Under the pieces are notes generated by a model that was given only the letters and a program-made list of their open reading frames with translations, was not told the DNA's origin and ran no database searches. Shown here in pieces: positions 45,001 through 57,467 of a stretch of DNA of 64,000 bases. Location of the stretch: contig NIVC01000736.1 in NCBI GenBank assembly GCA_002269645.1, positions 186,001 to 250,000 on the forward strand, in the 5' to 3' direction. The stretch comes from Macrostomum lignano. Its lineage: Eukaryota. Positions within the stretch are counted from its first letter, which is position 1. Each line of letters starts with the position of its first letter. The translations under genes and the position numbers were made by a program.

Positions 45001-48000
45001 TTTCTTCTTCATAGAGAGCGAGGCAGTTGTGATTGATAGGCGAGGCGGGATAATGAACGGGTGCGAGGGCAGATTCTGCCGGAGATTAGCCGCCCCCCCC
45101 CAGTCAGACTCCAACTCGATAAAAAAGTGGGAGACGAAAGTCCCCATCAAATATTCAATTAGTGGGGCTTGCTGATCCTGATGGGGCCTTCCCAGCTTCT
45201 CTGCGGCCACGCGGGGAGCCGAGACGAGAGTTGGCAACTCACCAGCTGATTTTGGTAGGCCGTCACCGCGATGAAGACGGTCTCGGGGAACTGGAACTTC
45301 TTCTGGTCCAGGCTCTGCAACGCGGCGAAGTTGCTGACGTGCCCGGAGCCCGGGTTCAGGCCGGCGCCGGTGGCCTGGCCGACCCGGAGCAGGTGGACGC
45401 GAGGCTGGTACTTGTGCATGGAGTTGAGCACAATCTGTGGGACAGGGAGGCTGGTACTTGTGCATGGAGTTGAGCACAATCTGTGGGACAGGGAGGCTGG
45501 TACTTGTGCATGGAGTTGAGCACAATCTGTGGGACAGGGAGGCTGGTACTTGTGCATGGAGTTGAGCACAATCTGTGGGACAGGGAGGCTGGTACTTGTG
45601 CATGGAGTTGAGCACAATCTGCGGGACAGGGAGGCTGGTACTTGTGCATGGAGTTGAGCACAATCTGTGGAACAGGGAGGCTGGTACTTGTGCATGGAGT
45701 TGAGCACAATCTGTGGAACAGGGAGGCTGGTACTTGTGCATGGAGTTGAGCACAATCTGTGGGACAGGGGTTCAGGGCCAATTCGGTGAGTCTTCGTTCC
45801 TTGAGCTTGGCTGCGAGTCTGAGGCCATGGCTCTGGCAAATGGTGCTGAAATCAAATTTGACTTCAAAAGCTTTAGATCAGGCGCCTCACAACCTCGATT
45901 AGCCTCACAGCCTCGATTAGGCGCCTCAAAACCCCGATTAGACGCCTCACAGCCTCGATTAGGCGCCTCACAACCTCGATTAGGCGCCTCACAACCTCGA
46001 TTAGGCGCCTCACAACCTCGATTAGGCGCCTCACAGCCTCGATTAGGCGCCTCAAAACCCCGATTAGACGCCTCACAGCCTCGATTAGGCGCCTCACAAC
46101 CTCGATTAGGCGCCTCACAACCTCGATTAGGCGCCTCAACGCCTCACAATGGCGACTCCATGCCTTACACCAGCGACTCAGAACCACGATTTTGTCGTTC
46201 AAAGCTCATGCACTTTGATGCCTCAAGGCCCTCAACCATACCATATCAGGCCCCATCGCAGCAGACTCACGTAGTGCTTGTCCAGCACATTGTTGGTCAG
46301 CTTCAGCTTCTCAAAGCTGACCGTCTGCTTCATCAGCTGGTCTCCAGTGAACGGGCTGTCCGGGTGGATGTACAGCCGCTGCGGCAGCTCGGGGTCGCCC
46401 TTGCCGGCCACCATCCAGGCGCTGCGGTGGTAGGCGTAGCGGTAGCGGTTCTTGTCCACGGACACAATGTCCATGACCACGTGGTAGCGCTCCTCCGGGT
46501 CCAGGCCGCTGAAGGACACTCGAACCACTGGGAACATCCGCCTGCGGGTTGCGGAAGCTCTTCACATGCACATTCTCCAGGCTTGATAATACATTCCCAA
46601 ACTAAAAACTGCACATTTCCCTGCAGGCTTTATACTCGTAATACATTCCCAAACGTATATGACATAAAAAAATAAAATAAAATGTAATTTTGCTTTCTAA
46701 ACTATTTTATTCAATCTAAACTTCCCTAGAACTATAAACTATACGATTATCAATCCAGTTTTGGCCGCAACAGCATCCCAAAACCTGCATCCCCTTACCA
46801 AGCATTTTGTTTTAAAAATCACTTTCCAACAAATGAAGCGCAAAAACAAAGTTGCGATCTTTTTGCTTTACTAAATGAAGCGACTCGCTTTAGAGATTCC
46901 CCCCCCCTAGCAACAGCGCGTGGAAGTGGGGAGGAGGGGGGGCGGTGACGTAGGGCCGCAGGGGAGTCGCCGCAGATGCCGCTGCGTGTCCTTTCCTCCC
47001 CATGGCTGTCGCCGCCGCAGACAACAACACGAATCCCAAATCCCAATTTATCACGGCAGCAGAGCTGCGGGGCTCAATAAACTGCGCAGGCGCCACGTGG
47101 CGGCCCCAGCTGGCCCAGAGCCGCGATCCATCAAGCGCGCCATCTCTTCAAATCTGCTTTTTCCCCCTTGCCCCCCCCCCCGGACAGTTTTCGGAGCTGT
47201 CGCTGCCGGTCGCGCCGACCGAAGGAAAATCCGAAAATCCGCTTGTAGCGAAAATTTCAAGATGAAATACAAAAATCTGCTTGCGACTTGTGCGCGCTAT
47301 TAGAAAGAAAAAAGACCGCCTCCAACCTGCTCCCGCCAGTTGCCATGCAGGCGGGATATTCGATACTACTGGGGAAAATTACAGTCGGCACTGATTGGCC
47401 TTCAATGGCCACTTTGCATTGCAGAGACTCCGCAAGGGCCAATGCTTAGCAATTCAATTAACTTAAATGCTGCATTCTGAGGCCATAAATTCAAGATTGG
47501 GAAAATTGAATTTCGCAATTGTGTGTCCAGTAATTATGGATTTGTGTGCAACGGCAGATGCAAAGAGCTTTGAAAACAACAGACAGTCATAAAGCACATT
47601 AGAACACCATATAGAACATATTAGAACACTATGGGACACATTAGAACACCATGAACACATTAGAACACCATGAACACATTAGAACACCATGAACACATTA
47701 GAACACCATGAACACATTAGAACACCATGAACACATTAGAACACCATGAACACATTAGAACACCATGAACACATTAGAACACCATGAACACATTAGAACA
47801 CCATGAACACATTAGAACACCATATAGAACATATTAGAACACCATGAACACATTAGAACACCATTATCAAATAAACGAAAAACGCCCGCCTCACCTGCCC
47901 GACTTAGTGATAATCATCTCAGTGCCCAGGTCATTGAACTGGTCCCACAGGTCTTTGTTGTCCAGACGGCATTGGACCCCGGCGAGCCGCTCGCTGTCTC

Positions 48001-49121
48001 CCGGAAGCTGCTGCTGCGGCTGCTGATGCAGCTGGTGCTGATGGCGCTGCTGCCGCCTCTGCGAGTCCCCACTAATCCGCTGTCGCTTCGCAGCCGCTGC
48101 ACCCGAGAGAGGCTTGATCGGCTGCGCTTTCGGCACGGCTGCAGTTTCTAGGAAATAAAACAGGCTGGACAAAGTGAGACCGAGTGCAACAACCATGACC
48201 CCTGTGACCTCCCATGACCCCTCTGACTCCCATGACCCCTCTGACTCCCATGACCCCTCTGACTCCCATGACCCCTGTGACTCCCATGACCCCTCTGACT
48301 CCCATGACCCCTCTGACTCCCATGACCCTGTGACCTCCCATTACCCCTCTGACTCCCATGACCCCTGTGACTCCCATGACCCCTCTGACTCCTATGACCC
48401 CTCTGACTCCCATGACCCCTGTGACCTCCCATGACCCCTCTGACCCCCATGACCCCTGTGACTCCCATGACCCCTGTGACTCCCATGACCCCTCTGACTC
48501 CCATGACCCCTGTGACCTCCCATGACCCCTCTGACCCCCATGACCACCTCTGACCCCCATGACCACCTCTGACAGTAGGTGAGTCATGGCAACCAACTCA
48601 CCGAAATCCTCGCTTTCGCCGTCCTCGCGCCCCGCATCATCCGACTCGGCCTCCGCCGCCGCCGTCGCCGCCATCGCCGTCTCGTCGTCATCGCCGAATT
48701 CGACATCAACGTCTTCGTCAGCGGAGACGGCGAGTTCGGCGCCACGGTGCTCGTCAGTAGCGTCGCTGTCTTCACCGTCATCGACGTCGGCGGGCGAGCA
48801 GCGGCGCTTCCGCTTCGGCTGGGACGCCTTCCGGCGCTGAAGAGTCTGCTGCAGTTGCGGCGGCGGCGGCGGCGGCTTCAGGGGCCGCTGCAGGGGAAAC
48901 AGCTTCATCAGCGGGACTGGGAACTGCGGCCGGTGCTGCTGGAACGAAGTCTTCGCTTTCGTCATCAGCGAGTCGATGGAGAAGGCTGAGGCCCGAGCCG
49001 ACAGCTGCTGCTGGGCCGGCGCCCGCTGTGGCGGAGTCGGAGAGGCGGACTCAGCGGACTCAGGAGATGCTGGGCAGCTCGGGTTGCTGCCGCTGCTGCA
49101 GCTGTTGTCTTCCGTTGTCAT
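42014..49121 (-). CDS. TBX20: T-box transcription factor Tbx20 (H15/midline), about 619 aa: complement(join(42014..42560,44625..44701,45243..45434,46271..46541,47895..48147,48602..49121))
   Basis: N-terminal eh1-like [11 protein letters not shown]; T-box [19 protein letters not shown]|[50 protein letters not shown]|[30 protein letters not shown]|[26 protein letters not shown]|RES. YAYHRSSW-like and [12 protein letters not shown] are Tbx20-type signatures. Phases 1,2,0,0,2 are consistent. Confidence 0.95.
43800..44600. repeat. Complex (CAGTCACTCTCTGT)-based minisatellite, Tbx20 intron 5
   Basis: Direct reading. Confidence 0.94.
45401..45768 (-). repeat. 46-bp x8 tandem repeat of the Tbx20 intron 3 acceptor plus the first 33-34 nt of exon 4
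   Basis: Unit on - strand: CCTGTCCCACAG|ATTGTGCTCAACTCCATGCACAAGTACCAGCCTC. Exon-start positions 45434+46n, n=0..7. Confidence 0.97.
45880..46145. repeat. 21-bp minisatellite (GCCTCACAACCTCGATTAGGC)n, Tbx20 intron 3
   Basis: Direct reading. Confidence 0.94.
47620..47855. repeat. 19-bp minisatellite (AACACATTAGAACACCATG)n, Tbx20 intron 2
   Basis: Direct reading. Confidence 0.95.
48190..48570. repeat. 18-bp minisatellite (CTCCCATGACCCCTCTGA)n, Tbx20 intron 1
   Basis: Direct reading. Confidence 0.95.
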
Positions 49122-49399
49122 CTGGGTTGAAATTTTATTCAACAACTTGTCGAGAGTTCGTCTGGTCCTTTGCTCAAATTTTCGCTCCTGAAACTTGATA
49201 TAATAATAGCGGAGGCTGCGGCGGCGGCAGTGGATGGCGGAGTTGCTATTTGAACTGGTGGAGCGGCCGGACGCGGAGGCTGGGAGGCTGCGGGACCGGC
49301 GGCGGCTTCGCAGTGGGGCAATGCGGAGAGCCTCGCTGCTGACGTGTTGGGGCGGCCGCGCGGGGGGGGGGGCACCCGGGAGGGGGGAGGCGGCGGAGG

Positions 49400-49510
49400 G
49401 TGGCGGGGCGGCGGCTCAGCCAATGGGAGGGAGGCCTGGGGAATCTGGGTCTGGGGCGCAGCAAAGCGATCCAAGGCTAGAAGTTTGGATTGGGAGTGGA
49501 TTGGAGGCTT
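49400..49510 (-). promoter_or_regulatory. Probable Tbx20 proximal promoter (GC-rich, CCAAT boxes)
   Basis: CCAAT/ATTGG near 49420, 49488 and 49500 with GGGCGG-like GC boxes, about 300-400 nt upstream of the ATG at 49121. Confidence 0.4.
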
Positions 49511-49564
49511 TTCAAGTTTGGTGTCAGAGTTTTGACTTCAGGGCGGGCGAAATCGATGCCAATC

Positions 49565-50300
49565 TTCAGGGAGCATCACATTCTTCAGGACGCGCCATAT
49601 TCTTCAGGGAGTGTCACATTCTTCAGGGAGTGCCATATTCTTCAGGACGCGCCATATTCTTCAGGGAGTGTCACATTCTTCAGGGAGTGCCATATTCTTC
49701 AGGGAGTGTCACATTCTTCAGGGAGTGCCATATTCTTCAGGACGCGCCATATTCTTCAGGGAGTGTCACATTCTTCAGGGAGTGCCATATTCTTCAGGGA
49801 GTGTCACATTCTTCAGGGAGTGCCATATTCTTCAGGACGCGCCATATTCTTCAGGGAGTGTCACATTCTTCAGGGAGTGCCATATTCTTCAGGGAGTGTC
49901 ACATTCTTCAGGGAGTGCCATATTCTTCAGGACGCGCCATATTTTTCAGGGAGTGCCATATTCTTCAGTGGGTGCCATTTTCTTCAGGGAGTGCCATATT
50001 CTTCAGGACGCGCCATATTCTTCAGGGAGTGTCACATTCTTCAGGGAGTGTTATGTTCTTCAGGGAGTGCCATATTCTTCAGGACGCGCCATATTCTTCA
50101 GGGAGTGCCATATTCTTCAGGGAGTGCCACATTCTTCAGGGAGTGCCATATTCTTCAGTGGGTGCCATATTCTTCAGTGGGTGCCATATTCTTCAGTGGG
50201 TGCCATATTCTTCAGTGGGTGCCATATTCTTCAGGGAGTGCCACATTCTTCAGGGAGTGTCACATTCTTCAGGGAGTGCCACATTCTTCAGGGAGCGCCA
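49565..50300. repeat. 19-bp minisatellite (TATTCTTCAGGGAGTGCCA)n
   Basis: Direct reading. Confidence 0.95.
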
Positions 50301-51034
50301 TTTTCCTGCTTACTTTTCAGTTTTCACTTTCAGGATGAATTTTAGTGTAAAACATACGAGTTTCCTGGAGTTTTTCTTCCAGATACTATCATCCAGACCG
50401 CCTTGGCGGTCTCTGTCAGTCTTGCCCATAGTGTTCGAATATTCCCCGCAGAAGCTTATCTCAATTCTCCCACACTCCCAGTGCCCCAAGCTTGTCAAGT
50501 TGGCGCGGTGGCACCAGCAGTTTGATCTGCGGTTCCAGTGCTAAGCTGATAATTGCATGGCAACCGGCAGCAGCAGCCCTTATCTTGTGTTTCCCCGGCT
50601 CGATCCGATTTCTAAGGTTTATTTAATGCGCTGCGCATCAGCCGTTTATCAGCGCGCGCTCTCTCGGATTCTCAGTTTGTCTTTGCAGAGCGAAATCCTC
50701 TGGGCAGGTTCTTTCCAGCTTCCTTCATCTACGGCCGATGCGAATCCTTTCCTGTGTTTTCCCCAGCGAGGCACTGATGGGATTAACAGATGCCTTGCAG
50801 CAGCTGAGAGGCCGGCTGGGTGTTTAGCCGCCAATCCAGTTCCTAACAAATATATCAATAGTCTGCCAGCGAAGCCTCCGGGATCGCAGACTGAATGATG
50901 GAGGAGCGGAGCTTTGGCACCGGGGATTGAGAGATAGAGAGAGTCAATGCTTGTTTGGGGGCTGGGTGCATTGAGAGCTTTCTGAGACTGGAAGGAAGGC
51001 AATTTGCAATGCAGTTGTAAACTTGTAAACTTGC

Positions 51035-51590
51035 CCCTGTCCCCCTTGGTTGGCGCCCCTGTCTCCCCTGGCTGGCGCCCCTGTCTCCCTTGGGTGGCGC
51101 CCCTGTCTCCCTTGGTTGCCGCTCCTGTCTTCCTTGGTTGGCGCCCCTATCGTCCCCCTTGGTTGGCACCCCTGTCTTCCTTGGTTGGCACCCCTGTCTT
51201 CCTTGGTTGGCACCCCTGTCTTCCTTGGTTGGCACCCCTGTCCCCCTTGGTTGGCGCCCCTGTCTCCCTTGGTTGGCGCCCCTGTCCCCCATTGGTTGGC
51301 GCCCCTGTCTCCCTTGGTTGGCGCCCCTGTCTCCCTTGGTTGGCGCCCCTGTCTCCCTTGGTTGGCGCCCCTGTCTCCCTTGGTTGCCGCCCCTGTCTCT
51401 TGGTTGGCACCCCTGTGTCTCTTGGTTGGCGACCCTGTCTCCCTTGGTTGGCGCCCCTGTCTCCCTTGGTTGGCGCCCCTGTCTCTTGGTTGGCGCCCCT
51501 GTGTCTCTTGGTTGGCGCTCATGTCTCCCTTGGTTGGCGCCCCTGTCTCCCTTGGTTGCCGCCCCTGTGTCTCTTGGTTGGCGCCCTGCC
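51035..51590. repeat. 22-bp minisatellite (CCCCTGTCTCCCTTGGTTGGCG)n
   Basis: Direct reading. Confidence 0.95.
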
Positions 51591-52359
51591 CTGCTTTGGA
51601 CAGTTGCCCTTCAGCCCCCCAGACACGCATTGAGCAGATGAAACATTTCCTGAGGAAACGCCCCGCCCAGCCAGAAATATTTCACTGATTCCGTTGGGGC
51701 TGTAAAAGTATTGCAACTGTTGGTCCCCACGGATCACTCAGAAGGGACTCAACGCAGACAGAGGCGCGGGGAGGCGGGGAGGCGCCTCGCAAAACAAATT
51801 TAACATCACGTGCTGGAGTGGCTCGACTGTGTCTCGGGTTGTGAAGCGTTTCGCTACATCTGGCACAGCGGCGGGGGGCGGAGTCAGAGCCCCCCCCCCC
51901 AGATCGGCAATCAGGCCGAATAAAACTGAGGTGTCTTTTCTCGTGTGAGTCAAAAGTCATTCTTTCGCGTAAAATATGTTCTAAAAACACACACAGGAAA
52001 CCAGCCGTGTTGCCCCGCTTTGCTACATCAAGCTCGAGATAGTCTATTAAATGCGAAATGGCGGCTCCTTCTGCTTCTTCTGGCTAATTCTTCAGGAGAA
52101 GTGAACCAAACTGCCTGCCGAACTCCGGCTCTTGCTGTTGAGCATCTTTTATAGGGCGACACTTGTTCTAGGAAAAGCACAGTTTTATCTCTGTTATAGC
52201 GAAAATTCATTAGCAAAAATGCAAATCGCAAGGGCCTCAGTGTCGCAGGCTGCAGGTGTAAGGCAGCCACTCACCTGGGGGCTGAAATTGTTAATTAATC
52301 AGACAGAGCTCCATTGTGATTTCATGGAAAATTGGATGGCAAGTACCATTTCTGAAATA

Positions 52360-53280
52360 ATGAGTGCCATTTCCGAACTGATGAGTGCCATTTCTTAACT
52401 GATGAGTGCCATTTCCTAACTGATGAGTGCCATTTCCTAACTGATGAGTGCCATTTCCTAACTGATGAGTCCCATTTCCTAACTGATGAGTGCCATTTCC
52501 TAACTGATTAGTGCCATTTCCTAACTGATGAGTGCCATTTCCGAACTGCTGAGTGCCGTTTCCTAACTGATGAGTGCCATTTCCGAACTGATGAGTGCCA
52601 TTTCTTAACTGATGAGTGCCATTTCCTAACTGATTAGTGCCATTTTCTAACTGATGAGTGCCATTTCTTAACTGATGAGTGCCATTTCCTAACTGATGAG
52701 TGCCATTTCCTAACTGATGGGTGCCATTTCCGAACTGCTGAGTGCCGTTTCCTAACTGATTAGTGCCATTTCCTAACTGATTAGTGCCATTTCCTAACTG
52801 ATTAGTGCCATTTTCTAACTGATGAGTGCCATTTCCGAACTGATGAGTGCCATTTCTTAACTGATGAGTGCCATTTCCTAACTGCTGAGTGCCGTTTCCT
52901 AACTGATTAGTGCCATTTCCTAACTGATTAGTGCCATTTCCTAACTGATTAGTGAAATTTCTGAACTGCTGAGTGCCATTTCCTAACTGCTGAGTGCCAT
53001 TTCCTAACTGATGAGTGCCATTTCCGATCTTAAGAGTTCCACTTCCGACCTTCTGAGTGCCATTTCCGCCCTTGAGAGTGAAATTTCCTAACTGAAGACT
53101 GCCATTTCCGAACTGCTAAGTGCCATTTCCGACTGATGAGTGCCATTTCCGACTGATGAGTGCCATTTCCGACTGATGAGTGCCATTTCCGACTGATGAG
53201 TGCCATTTCCGACTGATGAGTGCCATTTCCGACTGATGAGTGCCATTTCCGATTGATGAGTGCCATTTCCGACCTGCTGA
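52360..53280. repeat. 21-bp (then 20-bp) minisatellite (TGCCATTTCCTAACTGATGAG)n
   Basis: Direct reading. Confidence 0.95.
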
Positions 53281-54594
53281 GTACCACAGTTCCCAAATCG
53301 GAATTTTATTGAGCGCATTGAGGCTGCCACTGCTCTGCAGCCATGCAACCCAAGCGAACTTCCTGCCAGAAACCGTTGGGTACACGCGCAGGCGCACTAA
53401 GAATTAAGAAGCAGTTGGAAAAATCAGCCAATAAAGACACTGTAACAACTCACAAGGCATTGCTCACACAGTTGTGCAAGTGGCTTCTGGAGTTCAGCAG
53501 CCCTTATTAAACCTGCCAGGATATGAAAACAGCTCAAGTGGAATTCCTTGTAAATCTTGGCAGGGGGTGAGACCAGCTTCTGCTTGGCAAGTTTAGCCAA
53601 GCGAAAGCTCACCAGCTGACCGCCTCTTTATTGGGAGTCGATTCTGGCACGCGGTCAAGCCCCCACCCTGGCATGCAGTTAAATATGATAATTCATTTTT
53701 ATGAGAAGGCCATGATGACCCAGTGGGATGCATAAAACTCCAATATCGCAATCTTAAACCCCTCACTCGTTGCATTTCTACAGCAATAATTTCCCTCACA
53801 TTAAACTAGTTTGAGTTAGCTAGAGACCTATAGGATTTTAACACATTGCGGAGCATTAATAGCCGATGGCGGCTGTCCCAACTGCTCCCAAAATTGCCTG
53901 CCGCACTAACAACCTGTTGCTTTGAAAACTTCTTCCAAAATGGATTGAACAGCTTAGGGACTCTGGCAAAGACAATTGCCTGGCAGAGTTTGGGATGTGA
54001 AATCCAGTTTGGGAACTGCCGGCCGCAGTTTGTCAGTGTCAATTAGCCAGCAGCCTGGCGCCGGACTCATTAAGCGGTTTAACGCCCGAACTGGCTGGTC
54101 AGCCTGGACTTGGGATTTGCATAATCGCCAATTCGACTTGAATTACGAGATCCCCACTGGCCTCTGCAAATCCGAGAAAGCCCCGCCTCCCCATGCTCAC
54201 AGACTCTGGGGGAGGGGGGCCTCATCCATCTTGTCCCGTTTACCGAGTTGTAAATTTTTATGGCGAAGCGCCGGGCGCGCCGAACTCCCGCAGTCATTTA
54301 TTTGCAGTTTTCCCGAGGCTGCAGCAGCCACCGCCGATCCGGACTCAAATCCCCATCAATCTGCTTCTCCTAGCAAGAAGTTTTGGTCTTCTTTTGGTTG
54401 GTTGGAGGAGGGGGGGTTGCTGCAGCCGGCAAGTCCTCCAGCCAAAGTGAGTTGGGCGATCCGAGTCCACGATGCAGCTCTTAAAAACTTTTTTCTAAAA
54501 CAAATTTTACAAGCGTAAGAAAAAAAGAAGTAAGAAGATGATAAACGAATAACTGTACTGTGAGGTGCTGTTAGTGCTGCTGACCATGCGAATC

Positions 54595-55740
54595 ACACAG
54601 CCTCTCCTGTGAGAATCACCCAGTGTCTCCTATGAGAATCACCCAGCCTCTCCTGTGAGATTCACCCAGTCTCCCTATTAGAATCACCAAGTGTCTCCTG
54701 TGAGAATCACCCAGTGTCTCCTGTGAGAATCACCCAGTGTCTCATGTGAGAATCACTCAGTGTCTCCTGTGAGAATCACCCAGTGTCTCCTGTGAGAATC
54801 ACCCAGTGTCTCCTATGAGAATCATCCAGTGTCTCCTATGAGAATCACCCAGTGTCTCCTGTGAGAATCACCCAGTGTCTCATGTGAGAATCACTCAGTG
54901 TCTCATGTGAGAATCACCCAGTGTCTCCTGTGAGAATCACCCAGTGTCTCCTATGAGAATCATCCAGTGTCTCCTATGAGAATCACCCAGTGTCTCCTAT
55001 GAGAATCACCCAGTGTCTCCTATGAGAATCATCCAGTGTCTCCTATGAGAATCACCCAGTGTCTCCTATGAGAATCACCCAGTGTCTCCTGTGAGAATCA
55101 CCCAGTGTCTCCTGTGAGAATCACTCAGTGTCTCCTATGAGAATCACTCAGTGTCTCCTGTGAGAATCACCCAGTGTCTCATGTGAGAATCACCCAGTGT
55201 CTCCTGTGAGAATCACCCAGTGTCTCCTGTGAGAATCACCCAGTGTCTCCTGTGAAAATCACCCAGTGTCTCTTATGAGAATCACCCAGTGTCTCCTATA
55301 TGAGAATCATCCAGTGTCTCCTATATGAGAATCGCCCAGTGTCTCCTATATGAGAATCATCCAGTGTCTCCTATATGAGAATCACCCAGTGTCTCTTATG
55401 AGAATCACCCAGTGTCTCCTATATGAGAATCACCCAGTGTCTCCTATGAGAATCACCCAGTTTCTCCTGTGAGAATCACCCAGTGTCTCCTGTGAGAATC
55501 ACCCAGTGTCTCCTGTGAGAATCACCCAGTGTCTCCTGTGAGAATCACCCAGTGTCTCTTATGAGAATCACCCAGTGTCTCCTATATGAGAATCGCCCAG
55601 TGTCTCCTATATGAGAATCATCCAGTGTCTCCTATATGAGAATCACCCAGTTTCTCCTGTGAGAATCACCCAGTGTCTCCTGTGAGAATCACCCAGTTTC
55701 TCCTGTGAGAATCACCCAGTGTCTCCTGTGAGAATCACCC
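54595..55740. repeat. 23-bp minisatellite (GAGAATCACCCAGTGTCTCCTGT)n
   Basis: Direct reading. Confidence 0.96.
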
Positions 55741-56604
55741 CCATCTATAAAGCTTGAAGTGTTTAAATTGGCTTCATCCATTGATGAAGTTGCGCGCAGA
55801 ATCATCGCAGGCTCCAAATCTTGACTTCTGCCCGATGATGAGGCAGCCGTGAGGTCTTTATCCCATAGACATATTGCGAGGCTGGGCAGGCAATCTGGGC
55901 GGGAACTGACGGGCCAGAAAACTGTCTGACAGGCCTGGTCGATCTGGCTCGCTTCGTTGCCCTCCGGATCGACTCGGCTCTCGCCCAGCCTCCTCTGATG
56001 AAGGTGTCGCGGGAAGGGGAGCGGAGGAGAGAAGGAGGGAGCAGCGGCGGCCGCGTGGCCTGGGGATGAAGCCGAGTGAGGCTGGGAGGGATGCCACGTG
56101 GCCGTCTCATTTGGCAAGATGTCGCCCCAGCCCCAGCTGACACCAAAATTGACTAAAAAATAAACGACTGCCCGCCCCGGGCCGCCCCAATCAGGCTGAC
56201 AAGTCGAACTCTCTCCCGGGCGGGACATTATCGCATCGGGTTTAAATTAGCTTTTTATAGCTCAGCTACTGATCGATAAATAGTAGAATTCGCGCGGCGA
56301 AGTGCGCCTACTGACAGTAGGCGAGTATGGCGTATTACAAGAATTTTTATTTTAATTGCTGAATACAGCGGAGAATAAAATAGACTGATAGAAGAGGAAA
56401 TAGAATAAAATAGGATAAATAATTGGGATAAAGATATTAATTTATTCATATCAGTAGGATTAAAGCATCTCATCTAATAGAAAAAGTACACTGAAATTGA
56501 TCACACAGACCACAGATATATCAGAATAAAGTCAATATATAGTTAAACGTCCTTATTCAAATAGAACCGAATCACCTCTTTAATAAAACTCGAATCAAAT
56601 CTAA

Positions 56605-57410
56605 CTCGAACCCAACTCAAACCCAACTCAAACCCAACTCAAACCCAACTCAAACCCAACTCAAACCCAACTCAAACCCAACTCAAACCCAACTCAAACC
56701 CAACTCAAACCCAACTCAAACTCAACTCAAACCCAACTCAAGCCCAACTCAAACCCAACTCAAGCCCAACTCAAACCCAACTCAAACCCAACTCAAACCC
56801 AACTCAAGCCCAACTCAAACCCAACTCAAACTAAACTCAAATTCAACTCAAACCCAACTCAAGCCCAACTCAAACCCAACTCAAACCCAACTCAAACCCA
56901 ACTCAAGCCCAACTCAAACCCAACTCAAACCCAACTCAAGCCCAACTCAAACCCAACTCAAGCCCAACTCAAACCCAACTCAAACCCAACTCAAGCCCAA
57001 CTCAAACCCAACTCAAGCCCAACTCAAACCCAACTCAAACCCAACTCAAGCCCAACTCAAACCCAACTCAAGCCCAACTCAAACCCAACTCAAACCCAAC
57101 TCAAGCCCAACTCAAACCCAACTCAAACTCAACTCAAACTCAACTCAAACCCAACTCAAGCCCAACTCAAACCCAACTCAAACCCAACTCAAACCCAACT
57201 CAAGCCCAACTCAAACCCAACTGAAACCCAACTCAAGCCCAACTCAAACCCAACTCAAGCCCAACTCAAACCCAACTCAAACCCAACTCAAACCCAACTC
57301 AAACCCAACTCAAACCCAACTCAAACCCAACTCAAGTCCAACTCAAACCCAACTCAAGCCCAACTCAAACCCAACTCAAACCCAACTCAAACTTGACTCA
57401 AACCCAACTC
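56605..57410. repeat. 11-bp minisatellite (AAACCCAACTC)n just downstream of the TRPM stop
   Basis: Direct reading. Confidence 0.96.
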
Positions 57411-57467
57411 AAATCAGTCAGACACCCCAGGCAGACACCTAGTAAGACACCCGGTCAGACACCCCGG

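Noticed and set aside
36850-53540. NK2-type CACTTGA sites around Tbx20 (about five)
   Set aside because: Count is close to chance for a 7-mer over this span.
49234-56228. ORFs upstream of Tbx20 (436, 282, 228, 180 and 179 aa, among others)
   Set aside because: Repeat-derived or GC-rich shadow ORFs with no family motifs or consistent splice phases.
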